Below, in pieces: positions 11,890 through 29,869 of a stretch of DNA of 64,000 nt. The number at the start of each line of letters is the position of its first letter. The first letter of the stretch is position 1. Position numbers and translations under genes: made by a program. The DNA comes from a virus: positions 96,001 to 160,000 of IMG/VR virus record IMGVR_UViG_3300037755_000305. The stretch is one strand, 5' to 3'. The notes beneath the pieces were generated by a model. The model was not told the origin of the DNA. It did not search any database and saw only the letters and a program-made list of their open reading frames with translations.

Positions 11890-12215
11890 TATTCTCCTGC
11901 CTTTGCCTTTTTGATGTCCCAGTTTGAGGCGTTCTGAATCACTTCGACATTGAAGTCAAATAGAGCGGCAACAGCAAACACATGAGACAAAAATGCCTTA
12001 GTGTCCAGCCAAAGCTGGGGCGGCACGCGAAGGGCTTCAGTTGCGTGCCGAAGCATATTTGTTGGTCCTGATAAGATCACACTTGGCCTCTTAGGGTAAA
12101 CGTCAGCAGTCCTTAGAGCCTGCCCTAGATTACCAACCACTTCGCTGGGACGAGTCCCGTGTACTGGCAAATGAACTACTACTAGGTATCGCTTTTCCAT
12201 TAGAACACCGACCAT
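11889..12215 (-). CDS. hypothetical protein (possible fibre chaperone)
   Basis: small ORF between fibre genes, overlapping the next start; chaperone role inferred from position only. Confidence 0.55.
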
Positions 12216-12255
12216 TTATCGCCAAAGTAATAAGACATTAGACACCTGTAAATCC

Positions 12256-20075
<7,820 letters not shown>

Positions 20076-20083
20076 CTATTGTT

Positions 20084-21019
<936 letters not shown>

Positions 21020-21048
21020 TGTAGTCTCCCTTTAGGGTGGCAGACCTA

Positions 21049-21369
21049 TTACTTGGCTGCGTTGGCAATGGCTGCTGCGATCTTGGGAAGGCCGTTCTTG
21101 TGGGCCTTCTCCGCGATTGAGAGTAGCTGCTCGCTTCCCTTACTACTAAAGATACTACCCTTGGTAGTGGCTTCAGCAGCCCGGAGCGTAGCTTCAGCAC
21201 GCTCAACCTCGGTAAGTTTCCCAGAGGCTTTCTCAGCATTGATTTTCTCGAAAAGTTGTGCTGAATCAGGCTCCGCAAAAGCGAAAGCAGTGATGCGAGA
21301 TGCAATTGCCTCTTCGCCGCGCTGGTGGGCCTTGTAGGCCAGTGTAAGAAGTCTTTGTGCCCGTGTCAT
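21049..21369 (-). CDS. hypothetical helical protein
   Basis: 106-aa ORF with GGAG RBS; internal repeat LL.LAYKAH / LL.IAEKAH. Confidence 0.65.
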   Translation of the reverse strand: MTRAQRLLTLAYKAHQRGEEAIASRITAFAFAEPDSAQLFEKINAEKASGKLTEVERAEATLRAAEATTKGSIFSSKGSEQLLSIAEKAHKNGLPKIAAAIANAAK

Positions 21370-21379
21370 TCTGGGTCTC

Positions 21380-21622
21380 CTATACCATGGATTTCATGTT
21401 GGTGCGTAGTGTGCGAAGCTTGTCCAAAGTGGAACTTAATTCTGTTTTTATCTGTTCGATTTGTTCCGAAATGTTATCAGGTGTCTTTATTTTCTTGACA
21501 GCTTTAAGAAGTTGAACGGCGTCTGAAAGTTTGTCTTCCGATTCTTCAATTCGAACTTTCCACGAGTCGCTTTTGCGTTCAAACTGATTGAAAGCTTCTA
21601 TTGACCAGTCAAATTTTTGCAT
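21380..21622 (-). CDS. hypothetical coiled-coil protein
   Basis: 80 aa with heptad pattern; begins MQKFDWSIEA. Confidence 0.6.
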   Translation of the reverse strand: MQKFDWSIEAFNQFERKSDSWKVRIEESEDKLSDAVQLLKAVKKIKTPDNISEQIEQIKTELSSTLDKLRTLRTNMKSMV

Positions 21623-22282
21623 CGTACTGTAACTTCCCGGGCGCTTTTCTTTAAGTGTTCTTCTACACTAAGAGGCTGCAAATTCGTGTAGTGGCATGCC
21701 TCTAAAAATTGTTTCCTGTCTGTAAGATCAAAATTTGCCAAGGGCTGAATATGATCTATTTCCCAATATGTTCCGTGATTCTCCCAGCTCATTTCCGGGG
21801 TGAATTGCACCTCTAAACAAGAGATAAGATGCTCTACAGAACAACCCAGGTCTGTTACTGCTGAGCCAGCTTTCTGCCCTTTCTTGTCTTGTCTTAGGTC
21901 TAAGGCTGTGTATATTCGGTTTCTAAGCAGTTTTCGGAGACGATAATTAGGATCGCTTTGGTATCTCTCTAATTCGTATTTTCTCTGGTTGTCTCTGGTT
22001 CTTTCTTTGTTGTCTTCGTACCAACGCTTTTGTTGCTTAGCTGTTTTTTCTGGATTTCTTTTAGCCCATCTTAAATTCTTTGCGCTATGCTTTTCCGGAT
22101 TGTCTTTGGCCCATTTTAGGGATCTGTCTCTATCTTTTGCAGCAAATTCAGGATCTTGGTACTTCTGCCTTAGATCGGAATTCATACATTTCCGACATCT
22201 GCTTTTCAGTCCACTAGGTCTGTCAGAACGTTTGCCGAAATCAGATTTTGGCAAATCCTTTACAAAACTTAAGCGTTTTCAT
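21598..22282 (-). pseudogene. HNH homing endonuclease, apparently frameshifted near the N-terminus
   Basis: EIDHIQPL..FDL..ACHYTNLQPL core; ATG at 22282 reads MKTLKFCKG then shifts frame into DLPKSDFGKR; paralog of 42569-43183. Confidence 0.6.
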
Positions 22283-22305
22283 ACAATTGCTTTAGTCTTT
22301 TGCAA

Positions 22306-22338
22306 CAAAAAGAGGCCGGAGGCACTGCCTCCGGCCTC
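22306..22338 (-). terminator. rho-independent terminator after the major capsid gene
   Basis: gaggccggaggc-agt-gcctccggcctc followed by ttttt on the minus strand. Confidence 0.85.
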
Positions 22339-22417
22339 CTCTTTTCGAGATGTTCAACTATCGCCGTAACTAAAATTGAACTAATGCGCAATTTTTAGCT
22401 ACAAGTTAGCAGAATCC

Positions 22418-23551
22418 TTAGACTCTGTTACCTCGTGTAACGGCGCGAGAGTTAACAATACTCATTCCTTCGATCGTTTCCATAAACCAACCGCGTTCCG
22501 GCTTGCCCTGGTTGTACTTGTTGATCGACTCGGTAGCAAGTTCCTTACGCTGTGTGATACCACCAAGGGTCTGCGGAGCACCTACGAAGTAAACTTCGCC
22601 GGGCTGTAGAACCTGCAAGGTATCGTGGCGGAAGGCGTCCGTGATGAGGTTAACACCAAGGATGCTGCCGAGACTACCTTCAAGAACGATCTCGTGCTTC
22701 GATACCGGATCGAACCAAGTGCTGAACTCGGTGTCAGCAATGATGTCGTCCCAGAGGTCGAACGCGATGACCGCACCAGTTACCGGGATACCCCACCGAG
22801 CGATCTGCGTTCGCATGGTGGAGAACACCGTAGGCGTGAAGGTGTTGAACAGGAACAGGTCGTTGGAGGCACCGGCTGCGGCGTTAACTAGGTTACGCCA
22901 CACGTTATCCTCGTTGACCATGATCTGCTCAAGACCGTCCTGGTACTTGTCGTCCAGAAGATCGCCAGAAGCCTGCTCGATCTCCTTGTCCTCGATCGTG
23001 ATGTGCGCGATCATGTAGAACTCGGGCGGGTAGATGTAGTATTGGCGAACCGAGGAAGCAATGACGTTCGGATCGCTTGTAGCGAAGAACGAAATTACAT
23101 CCTTGCGTCGGACGCGCAATCGACCAGTCTCACCCTTACCAAGGGGCTTGATGAGAAGGGTCTTACGGGCGAAGCCTTCACGACCCAGGGTTTCCCAGAT
23201 CTCTTCACCGATTACCTCGCCGAGAACCTGCCAACCTTCACCGTTCTTGTCGGCGTAGGCAGCCTCGACCAGCTCACGACGAGCAGAAACGACATCGCCG
23301 TACTGCTCCTGAGCTGAAGCCTGTCGGACATCACCGACGGCTACTGCGCGCTGAAGCGAGCTAATTGCCTGCATCAGTTCACGCTTACTTCCTGCGTTGA
23401 TCTCGCCATTACCTGCAACGGCAGACTCAGTGTTTGACTGAATCACGGTGCCTGCTCGGGTCGTTCGGCCAGCCTTGTGGCCACCGTCCGTGAGCGCGTC
23501 CCCGTTGCGACCGACATAAGCCGGGCGAGCAAGATAGGGATTCTTAGACAT
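22418..23551 (-). CDS. major capsid protein
   Basis: 377 aa from ATG 23551 (TAGGAG RBS); last gene of a portal-protease-scaffold-decoration run, followed by a strong terminator; REGFARK..YPPEF..IMVNED pattern. Confidence 0.8.
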   Translation of the reverse strand: MSKNPYLARPAYVGRNGDALTDGGHKAGRTTRAGTVIQSNTESAVAGNGEINAGSKRELMQAISSLQRAVAVGDVRQASAQEQYGDVVSARRELVEAAYADKNGEGWQVLGEVIGEEIWETLGREGFARKTLLIKPLGKGETGRLRVRRKDVISFFATSDPNVIASSVRQYYIYPPEFYMIAHITIEDKEIEQASGDLLDDKYQDGLEQIMVNEDNVWRNLVNAAAGASNDLFLFNTFTPTVFSTMRTQIARWGIPVTGAVIAFDLWDDIIADTEFSTWFDPVSKHEIVLEGSLGSILGVNLITDAFRHDTLQVLQPGEVYFVGAPQTLGGITQRKELATESINKYNQGKPERGWFMETIEGMSIVNSRAVTRGNRV

Positions 23552-23710
23552 TTGTTTTCTCCTATTGTAGTCCAAGAGTGAATAATAACTGGAGTTCTTT
23601 ACACCGTGAGCGTTCAGGTAATCCGAGATAAATCAGCCTCCCCCGCTCAGGGGAGGTAAAGGTGTATCAAGCGGGACGGCCTTCCGACCGTCCCGCTGTC
23701 ATGCTACTTC

Positions 23711-24451
23711 TTAGTTGCCGCCGATATTGAAGGCGACACCCAGAAGCGGGTTGTTCACGTTCGGAACACTGACGACGCGAGCGTCAAGAGCAGTACCACC
23801 AGAACCCGTAAGGATACCGGCGTCACCCGAGTGGATGGTTCCCGGAGCAGCACTCCAGTCTACAGCAGCGTCAAACTGGTCGGTGAAGATTTCACCGACG
23901 CCGTGACCGACGCCAACCTGACTGAACAGAGTGGAAGCTTCGTTGTTGATGTTGCGCTGGTAGAACTTGAGTCGAGCCTCAGCAACCGTGAGGTTGTACC
24001 GATAGATTACGACAATCGTCTTACCAGCTTCGTCCGAGTGGAAGGCCAGAAGACCAGTAGAAACATTTACGTTTACGTCACCGGATACGGCAGCGCCTAC
24101 GTCAATGTTGTCCATCTTGGTCGAGCCGTCCATGGCAGTTAGCTGTGCCGTGGAACCGGTACCGTCACCCGAAACAAGGTTGTTGTTACGGAGCTGTACC
24201 TCGTAGGGAGCCGTGGACGGAACCGTCACACTCTCTACTTCGGACGTGGTGGCGTTGTCAGCGTTATCGCGAATTGCGAAACCGGCAATCAACAGAGAGG
24301 CGTCGTTAGTGGCAGGAATTACTGCCTCGGCGCCGGTTGCTGCGTCAAGAACCGACTGAAGAAGAACACCTTCTTCGGTGATGACAGAACCAGCCTGGAC
24401 TGGCTTCTCCAGCACGATGCTGAAGTGGGATCGCTTTAGGTCGAAAGACAT
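23711..24451 (-). CDS. head decoration/cement-like structural protein
   Basis: 246 aa, beta-rich, immediately upstream of MCP. Confidence 0.55.
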   Translation of the reverse strand: MSFDLKRSHFSIVLEKPVQAGSVITEEGVLLQSVLDAATGAEAVIPATNDASLLIAGFAIRDNADNATTSEVESVTVPSTAPYEVQLRNNNLVSGDGTGSTAQLTAMDGSTKMDNIDVGAAVSGDVNVNVSTGLLAFHSDEAGKTIVVIYRYNLTVAEARLKFYQRNINNEASTLFSQVGVGHGVGEIFTDQFDAAVDWSAAPGTIHSGDAGILTGSGGTALDARVVSVPNVNNPLLGVAFNIGGN

Positions 24452-24482
24452 TGTTTAGTTTCCTTTTGTCTTGTGGTCTAGC

Positions 24483-26777
24483 TTAGCTGGACCGGAAGGT
24501 TGACAATCGAACCCGCTGTCGAAGAGATGCTGTCACATCGTCGCGGGAAGCCTTCACCGGCGAAGCCGGGTTCGTGAAAGGCATGTTCCCCGCTTCGAGC
24601 TGCGAAGCAAAGTCTTCGTGCATGGGAAGTCGGTTCCCGGTAGAGGCACTCGCCTCAACTAGGGAGTTGCTCTCAGGGATTGCCTTGGCGATTGCGTCAC
24701 GCGCTTCGTCAGGCAGGTCCATGAGTTCTTCAGCCTTGGCAAGAACAGCAGCGAAGAACGGTACGGAACCCTCTTCGAAACTGGCCTCAATGAGCCCAGC
24801 AGCGTCTCGGACGCCGATGCGTCCAAGTTCACTCCAGAGCGCAGCCTTGAGCTGATGATCCTCGCCACGGAAGAAGTTGTTGTTGTAACCGGCTAGAGCA
24901 ATTCGTGTTGCGGCCATGAAGCGGTCACGGAGATTGCCGACTGCTTCAGCCAACTTCTCGTCCATTTCTGCTTCTACCTTAGCGCGAATCTTCTCAGCCA
25001 ACTTACCAGCTTCGATCTTTGCGGCGTAGGGCTTTGCGTTGATGGCACTCAGAACGTCAACAACTCCGACCTTTGCCATTGCCTGAGCGATGTTCTCAGC
25101 GTAAGGACCGGAAAGGAACGTCGAGCGTACCTCTTCGGGCTTCGGCTGAGAAGCAAGCTCGACTCGGGCGACGGGGCGGCCGTTGATGTCGATGTTCCAG
25201 TGCGGATTGTCTTGATCGGCGTTGTAGAGGGACATTACTACGTCCTCTGCTGCGACGATACCGATGTCCTCGAAATTCGAGAGCATTTCTACATGAGCGG
25301 ATTCTGCTGGGTCCATACCGTGCTGAGGCTCCATAAGCTCCTGCTGGAGCCACTCTTCGAGTGATTGTTCCATACCTGCATCGGGACCGGCAGCCGGAGC
25401 CATCGGCGCCGGAGCGCCGCCGCCGAGATCGCCACCCGGCATACCCATGCCTTCAGACGGAATCTCGGGCTCGTTTTCCGGCAGAACCGGAGGAATCCCA
25501 GGTACCATCTCGTCACCCAGTGGCATTTCCTGTGGGGCTTCCATGCTTAGAGGATCGACTGGAGCCTCGGGAAGTCCAAGCGGATCGGCCGTCGGGTCTG
25601 GCATTCCAGGAACCGGAGGAGCCTCTACAGGAGCAGGGCCCCCCATCGGGTCCACTGGAGGCATTGCTGTAGCCTTCTTACGTGCAGCAGTAGGTGTGTT
25701 GCTCTCCTTGGCTCGATCGTCATCCTTGGCGGAAAAAGAATCAGAATCGACAGCGTTGCTATCTACCGAGGGAGAACCAGTCTGCTCGTCCGTCTCTGAA
25801 CCTGCCTGAGCAGGGTGACGCTCCGGGTCAAGGAAGGGAACGTCGTCCAGGCTTACAACCTTGGGCTCTTCAAAACCATCGTCAGAAGAGGCGGGCTTGT
25901 GGGACGGGGAACCGTTCTGGGGTCCATACAAGGTGATGTCGTCAATGCCTACCTCTTCCTTGTTTTCGTTCACCTGATCGACAGCCTGTACATACCACGC
26001 CTTGATCTGCTTGGCGAGCTTCGGGTTTGACTTGGCTTCAGCACTGTTCAGGAAGTTCTTAGCAATCGTCATCTTGCGGGCCGTGACGAATTTCTTGAGC
26101 CAAGAAAGAACTTTGGTCGTCTGCTCAGCCTTCTCGGGAGCAGCGGCCTCAGCCGTGTGAAGATAGGCAAACCCGTAACGGGCCTGGGCCTCACGAGCTG
26201 CCTCAGGGGTGGGCTTCCATGCGTCAAGACCGGCACGAACCTGCTTGCGCTGTGCGTGCTTGGGGTTTCGGTCGAGCCACTGAAGAACCTTGACTGCCTT
26301 CTCGATGTTGGCATCAGCGTCTTCCGCCATGATCTTTCGTAGGTCGGCAATGTCGTCGGTCGTAAGAGCGTGTACAGAAGCGTGCGGGTCCTTAGGGGCC
26401 ACAGAAAGCTCCTCCTCTAGTGTGTCGGGAAGCTGAACACTGGGGCCACCGCCGCCATTGTTCTTCTGCTGCTCACCGGCGTCATCGTCGGCAGCAGCCA
26501 GGGTCTCAGGAATCTCTGGGTTGCCTTCTACGGCGGGCTTACCGTCGTAAGGAGGACCAACTTCGCCAGCTTCCTCGTTAGAACCCTGCTCATAAGCTCG
26601 GGTTTCGAGATCAGGCGTGTCGGGGGAGTTGGTGTCAACCAGCTTTACCACGTCGTCTGCAATCTCGACATCAGTATCGTGCGTGCCGCCGCCGGGTCCG
26701 ACTGCGGGATCAAGAGCGCCAGGATCACCGGCTGTTGCCTTGTGGCCAAGAGCCTTACGTACTTTGTTCAAATCCAT
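24483..26777 (-). CDS. scaffold-like head assembly protein
   Basis: 764 aa, acidic and Pro-rich disordered N-terminal part with a helical C-terminus; located between protease and MCP. Confidence 0.55.
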   Translation of the reverse strand: MDLNKVRKALGHKATAGDPGALDPAVGPGGGTHDTDVEIADDVVKLVDTNSPDTPDLETRAYEQGSNEEAGEVGPPYDGKPAVEGNPEIPETLAAADDDAGEQQKNNGGGGPSVQLPDTLEEELSVAPKDPHASVHALTTDDIADLRKIMAEDADANIEKAVKVLQWLDRNPKHAQRKQVRAGLDAWKPTPEAAREAQARYGFAYLHTAEAAAPEKAEQTTKVLSWLKKFVTARKMTIAKNFLNSAEAKSNPKLAKQIKAWYVQAVDQVNENKEEVGIDDITLYGPQNGSPSHKPASSDDGFEEPKVVSLDDVPFLDPERHPAQAGSETDEQTGSPSVDSNAVDSDSFSAKDDDRAKESNTPTAARKKATAMPPVDPMGGPAPVEAPPVPGMPDPTADPLGLPEAPVDPLSMEAPQEMPLGDEMVPGIPPVLPENEPEIPSEGMGMPGGDLGGGAPAPMAPAAGPDAGMEQSLEEWLQQELMEPQHGMDPAESAHVEMLSNFEDIGIVAAEDVVMSLYNADQDNPHWNIDINGRPVARVELASQPKPEEVRSTFLSGPYAENIAQAMAKVGVVDVLSAINAKPYAAKIEAGKLAEKIRAKVEAEMDEKLAEAVGNLRDRFMAATRIALAGYNNNFFRGEDHQLKAALWSELGRIGVRDAAGLIEASFEEGSVPFFAAVLAKAEELMDLPDEARDAIAKAIPESNSLVEASASTGNRLPMHEDFASQLEAGNMPFTNPASPVKASRDDVTASLRQRVRLSTFRSS

Positions 26778-26926
26778 TTTGAATATCCTCTTTTTAGAAC
26801 TTTGGTTCTCTGGGCTCGGGATCGCTGTTTATTAGATGAGGAATCAATGGACCCACACCCGAGCCTTATTCATAGCAGGTGGATTTTGCTGCTGGTAACA
26901 TATATATAACCACTCAAAAGGATGAA

Positions 26927-27379
26927 TTATCCTCTGTTTTTTCTACCGCGCATCAAAGCGCTTCCATAATCACTTAGAGCACCGCAAGCAGGGCAATGAC
27001 AATTATTGGCGTGATCCGAAGACGTTATATAGGAAAAGGCACAAGAATCGCAAGAATGCAGCAATTTCGAGAACTTAGAGGTAGACAGAGCCTTCTGTAC
27101 ATCCTCGTAAGAGATAGGCCCTTGGTATTTCATGGGCTTACCGTTTAGCGGGCTGAAAATCTCGCTAGTCATGCGCGAAGAGATGGTATTTTCTCCGTCA
27201 GAGAACAATCCATAACTGAAGCCGCCATCCGGGGGCGGACCGAAATATGAATAACCACCTTCTTCACCGATAGGTTCGAGGGCAACGGGTTTTGAAACAT
27301 GTGGGTTATAGTGGTACCCTCCGTGACCGTAACCAACGACCTTCCAGTTAAGCGATTCTGCTAGCTTCTTAGTATACAT
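26927..27379 (-). CDS. zinc-binding head-module protein
   Basis: CDSC...CHCPACG; N-terminal LAESLNWK. Confidence 0.65.
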   Translation of the reverse strand: MYTKKLAESLNWKVVGYGHGGYHYNPHVSKPVALEPIGEEGGYSYFGPPPDGGFSYGLFSDGENTISSRMTSEIFSPLNGKPMKYQGPISYEDVQKALSTSKFSKLLHSCDSCAFSYITSSDHANNCHCPACGALSDYGSALMRGRKNRG

Positions 27380-28137
27380 TACCAGTTAAATTCTCCCACC
27401 ATAGAATAGGACTTGAAAGACTTACCGGGAATGCTGCGCTTCGTAACACTGTTTTCGGCGTCTTCAATGCGCTTAGCGCCCTTGGGTTTCTCGTGTGTCT
27501 TTACGCCCCTGTCTATGATTGACTTTAGACCCCAAGCCGGGTGCTCGCCGTGCTCGCCGTGCTCGCCGGTGTCGTCAAAAGTTTCAGACTTGTGCGTAGA
27601 CCAATTCAATTTTGCTGCTACACTTCCCATCATAGTTCTCTCGTAGTAGTCTCTGTCTCCGCCTCGTTGCCACTGTGGAGGAAGAGGTGCGGTATACTCG
27701 CTAGGGCTATCAATCAAATTTAACAACTGGTCATTAGGAACGTACTCATCGTCCAACATGATTTCGTTTTGGTCATCTTGCATCCAACCCTGGTTATCGG
27801 GTGTTGTGTTCGGGTTGCATTTGCCAATCTTGGGATCTTCTCCCTCTTCGCACGGTCGGGCCTCGGAAACGTCAGTACGCCAGCTCAATAGCTCAGCCAT
27901 AGGAAATCCTACACCTCGATAAGTTTCGTCTATTTGTGTAAGCTCTTCACTGACTGTGTGATCCGTCTTGTGCTTTTCCTTACGATTATAACCTTTTCCG
28001 CCTTTTTTACTGCTTTGTGGTCCGGCACTATTTTGGTTCACATCCTTATGCACTTCACGACTGGCTCGTCGAAGATCCTTAGAGATTTTCGGAGTCTTCT
28101 GTCCGCTGCCTTGTCTTCGTGTAGGTCCCTTTCCCAT
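27379..28137 (-). CDS. low-complexity head-module protein (RPC..CNPN and LNW motifs)
   Basis: 252 aa with a basic N-terminus; coupled to both neighbours. Confidence 0.65.
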   Translation of the reverse strand: MGKGPTRRQGSGQKTPKISKDLRRASREVHKDVNQNSAGPQSSKKGGKGYNRKEKHKTDHTVSEELTQIDETYRGVGFPMAELLSWRTDVSEARPCEEGEDPKIGKCNPNTTPDNQGWMQDDQNEIMLDDEYVPNDQLLNLIDSPSEYTAPLPPQWQRGGDRDYYERTMMGSVAAKLNWSTHKSETFDDTGEHGEHGEHPAWGLKSIIDRGVKTHEKPKGAKRIEDAENSVTKRSIPGKSFKSYSMVGEFNW

Positions 28138-28143
28138 AACATG

Positions 28144-28884
28144 CTACCGGATAGAATCTGACAAGGCTGTCGGATCTGCCGGGTCCTCTACGGAACTCTG
28201 CTCAAAGAACTGCACGCCAGCGCAAAGCTGATAGACAAGTCGACTATCCACGATAGATCCCTTACCCATTGCCATGCACCGACATGGCTTCTTGATGACT
28301 TCGACCTCGCCACAGTTGGAGCACACGAAGTTCTGCACCAAAGCACCCATAGAGTAGCCGTTTCGGCGACCCGACAGGATGTCTGCTACAAGTTTCTGGT
28401 CCTTTGTGCGGTCGAAACCAGCAAGAGTCCTAATCTTCCATACGTTGTACGCTGGCACAAACTGGAGGGTAGAGTCGAAATGAACGCCCTTAGCCTCCAG
28501 TGGGTCAGAGTTTTTGTGGTCGATGTGCGTCGGGCGTCCTGTGAAGGTCTGATAAACCAGCGAACCTTGCATGTTGTCGAAGAAAGAAACCTCTTCGTAG
28601 GGGAACGCCTGAAGATTCCGGTTCGGGATATCAATCGTCACAGACGGAATGTCAACAATTACGTAGTCGTTGATGTCTCCGCTGATCTTGTAAGTGTCCG
28701 CAGCAGCCTGAAGCCAAGAAACATCAATGTCTCGCTTGAAATTGCTGGAAATTTCCTTGCCTTCTAGAACACTGGCAGTTACGCCCCTACCTTTGTCGTA
28801 CTGGTAGGACTTATTACGTGCTTCGACCTTGTGCTCCGCCGAAACAACGGAGCCGTGTACAATATGGGGTGAATGTTCTGCCAT
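28144..28884 (-). CDS. prohead (capsid maturation) protease
   Basis: N..AFP.EE..F.GRPTHIDH.N (His) and GYSMG (Ser) followed by CSNCG; position between portal and scaffold. Confidence 0.7.
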   Translation of the reverse strand: MAEHSPHIVHGSVVSAEHKVEARNKSYQYDKGRGVTASVLEGKEISSNFKRDIDVSWLQAAADTYKISGDINDYVIVDIPSVTIDIPNRNLQAFPYEEVSFFDNMQGSLVYQTFTGRPTHIDHKNSDPLEAKGVHFDSTLQFVPAYNVWKIRTLAGFDRTKDQKLVADILSGRRNGYSMGALVQNFVCSNCGEVEVIKKPCRCMAMGKGSIVDSRLVYQLCAGVQFFEQSSVEDPADPTALSDSIR

Positions 28885-28918
28885 TTTCCCTCCTAACGGC
28901 CGGTACTTAGAATATAAG

Positions 28919-29869
28919 CTACGAATTCAGCCTTTCCCACAGAGAAGCTGTGCAGATCTTTTGATTAACTTGAGAACTTACCGCTTTGCGCAACACTTCT
29001 TCGTTCACAGGGATACTTGAAATAGTGCGCTCGTAAGACTGTTCTGTCAAAGGCAGAACCACATTCGGAAGTGTATTAGCTCCCAGGCGCATGAAAGCAT
29101 AACATTGTCCGTAATCGTCCCACTCACCAAGAAGCTCGCCATCGCGAGAAAGAGCTAGTTTTCCACCACGGGCTTCAAACTTAAGACTTCCAGTAGGGTC
29201 GGAGTCTCGAAAATTCTCTGTCTTACTGATTACTTGACCCCTCTTACTGTTGAGGAAATCCAGCCACTTTCCAATATGGGTCTGTGCTACTGTGTATTGT
29301 ATTTCGCAGTTGGTTCGAAGCTTCGAACGTAAACGATCGGCAACAGCCGCCGAAACCGGAGACGGCTTGGCGGGATTGGCAGGCATTTCTGGCATTGCTT
29401 GGTCAGCCTTAGCAAGGCGAGACAGTACCCCTCCTGCCTGTTGCAGGTAAGAATCTTCCATCATCTTAGCTCGATCTTTATGTGCCTGTTCTTGGGCCTC
29501 TTGTGGGTATAGCTGACTGAACAAGTCACACTTACGACAGAACTGCTTGATGAGACCAGCCTGCTCCTTGGCTTGCGTGGCAACGTTCTCCAGAGTAGAC
29601 ATGTATGCCTTCTCTTCGCCCAGAATCTTTCCTGCAATGTCTCCGCCTACGTGATAGCGCTTTCCATCCCGCTTAACTACCTCGAAATTGCATCCATTGA
29701 TAGGCACTTCAAGCATGTAGATAGCAGCTAGCTTGGGGTGACGTAGGTTAAAGCGCATGTCGAAAGCCAACACCTCGTTCAGCTTTACGATGTCTTCCGC
29801 AAAGCCGTGTACGATAGCCGATCCCGCCAACGCAGTAATTTTCTTGATGCTGTCAGATTGATTGCTCAT
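28919..29869 (-). CDS. hypothetical head-module protein
   Basis: 316-aa ORF coupled to the SOD-like gene. Confidence 0.7.
   Translation of the reverse strand: MSNQSDSIKKITALAGSAIVHGFAEDIVKLNEVLAFDMRFNLRHPKLAAIYMLEVPINGCNFEVVKRDGKRYHVGGDIAGKILGEEKAYMSTLENVATQAKEQAGLIKQFCRKCDLFSQLYPQEAQEQAHKDRAKMMEDSYLQQAGGVLSRLAKADQAMPEMPANPAKPSPVSAAVADRLRSKLRTNCEIQYTVAQTHIGKWLDFLNSKRGQVISKTENFRDSDPTGSLKFEARGGKLALSRDGELLGEWDDYGQCYAFMRLGANTLPNVVLPLTEQSYERTISSIPVNEEVLRKAVSSQVNQKICTASLWERLNS

Noticed and set aside
27541-27568. 9-nt triple repeat (GEH x3), plus 10-nt doublets at 41116 and 43161
   Set aside because: Short coding microrepeats with no evidence of function.
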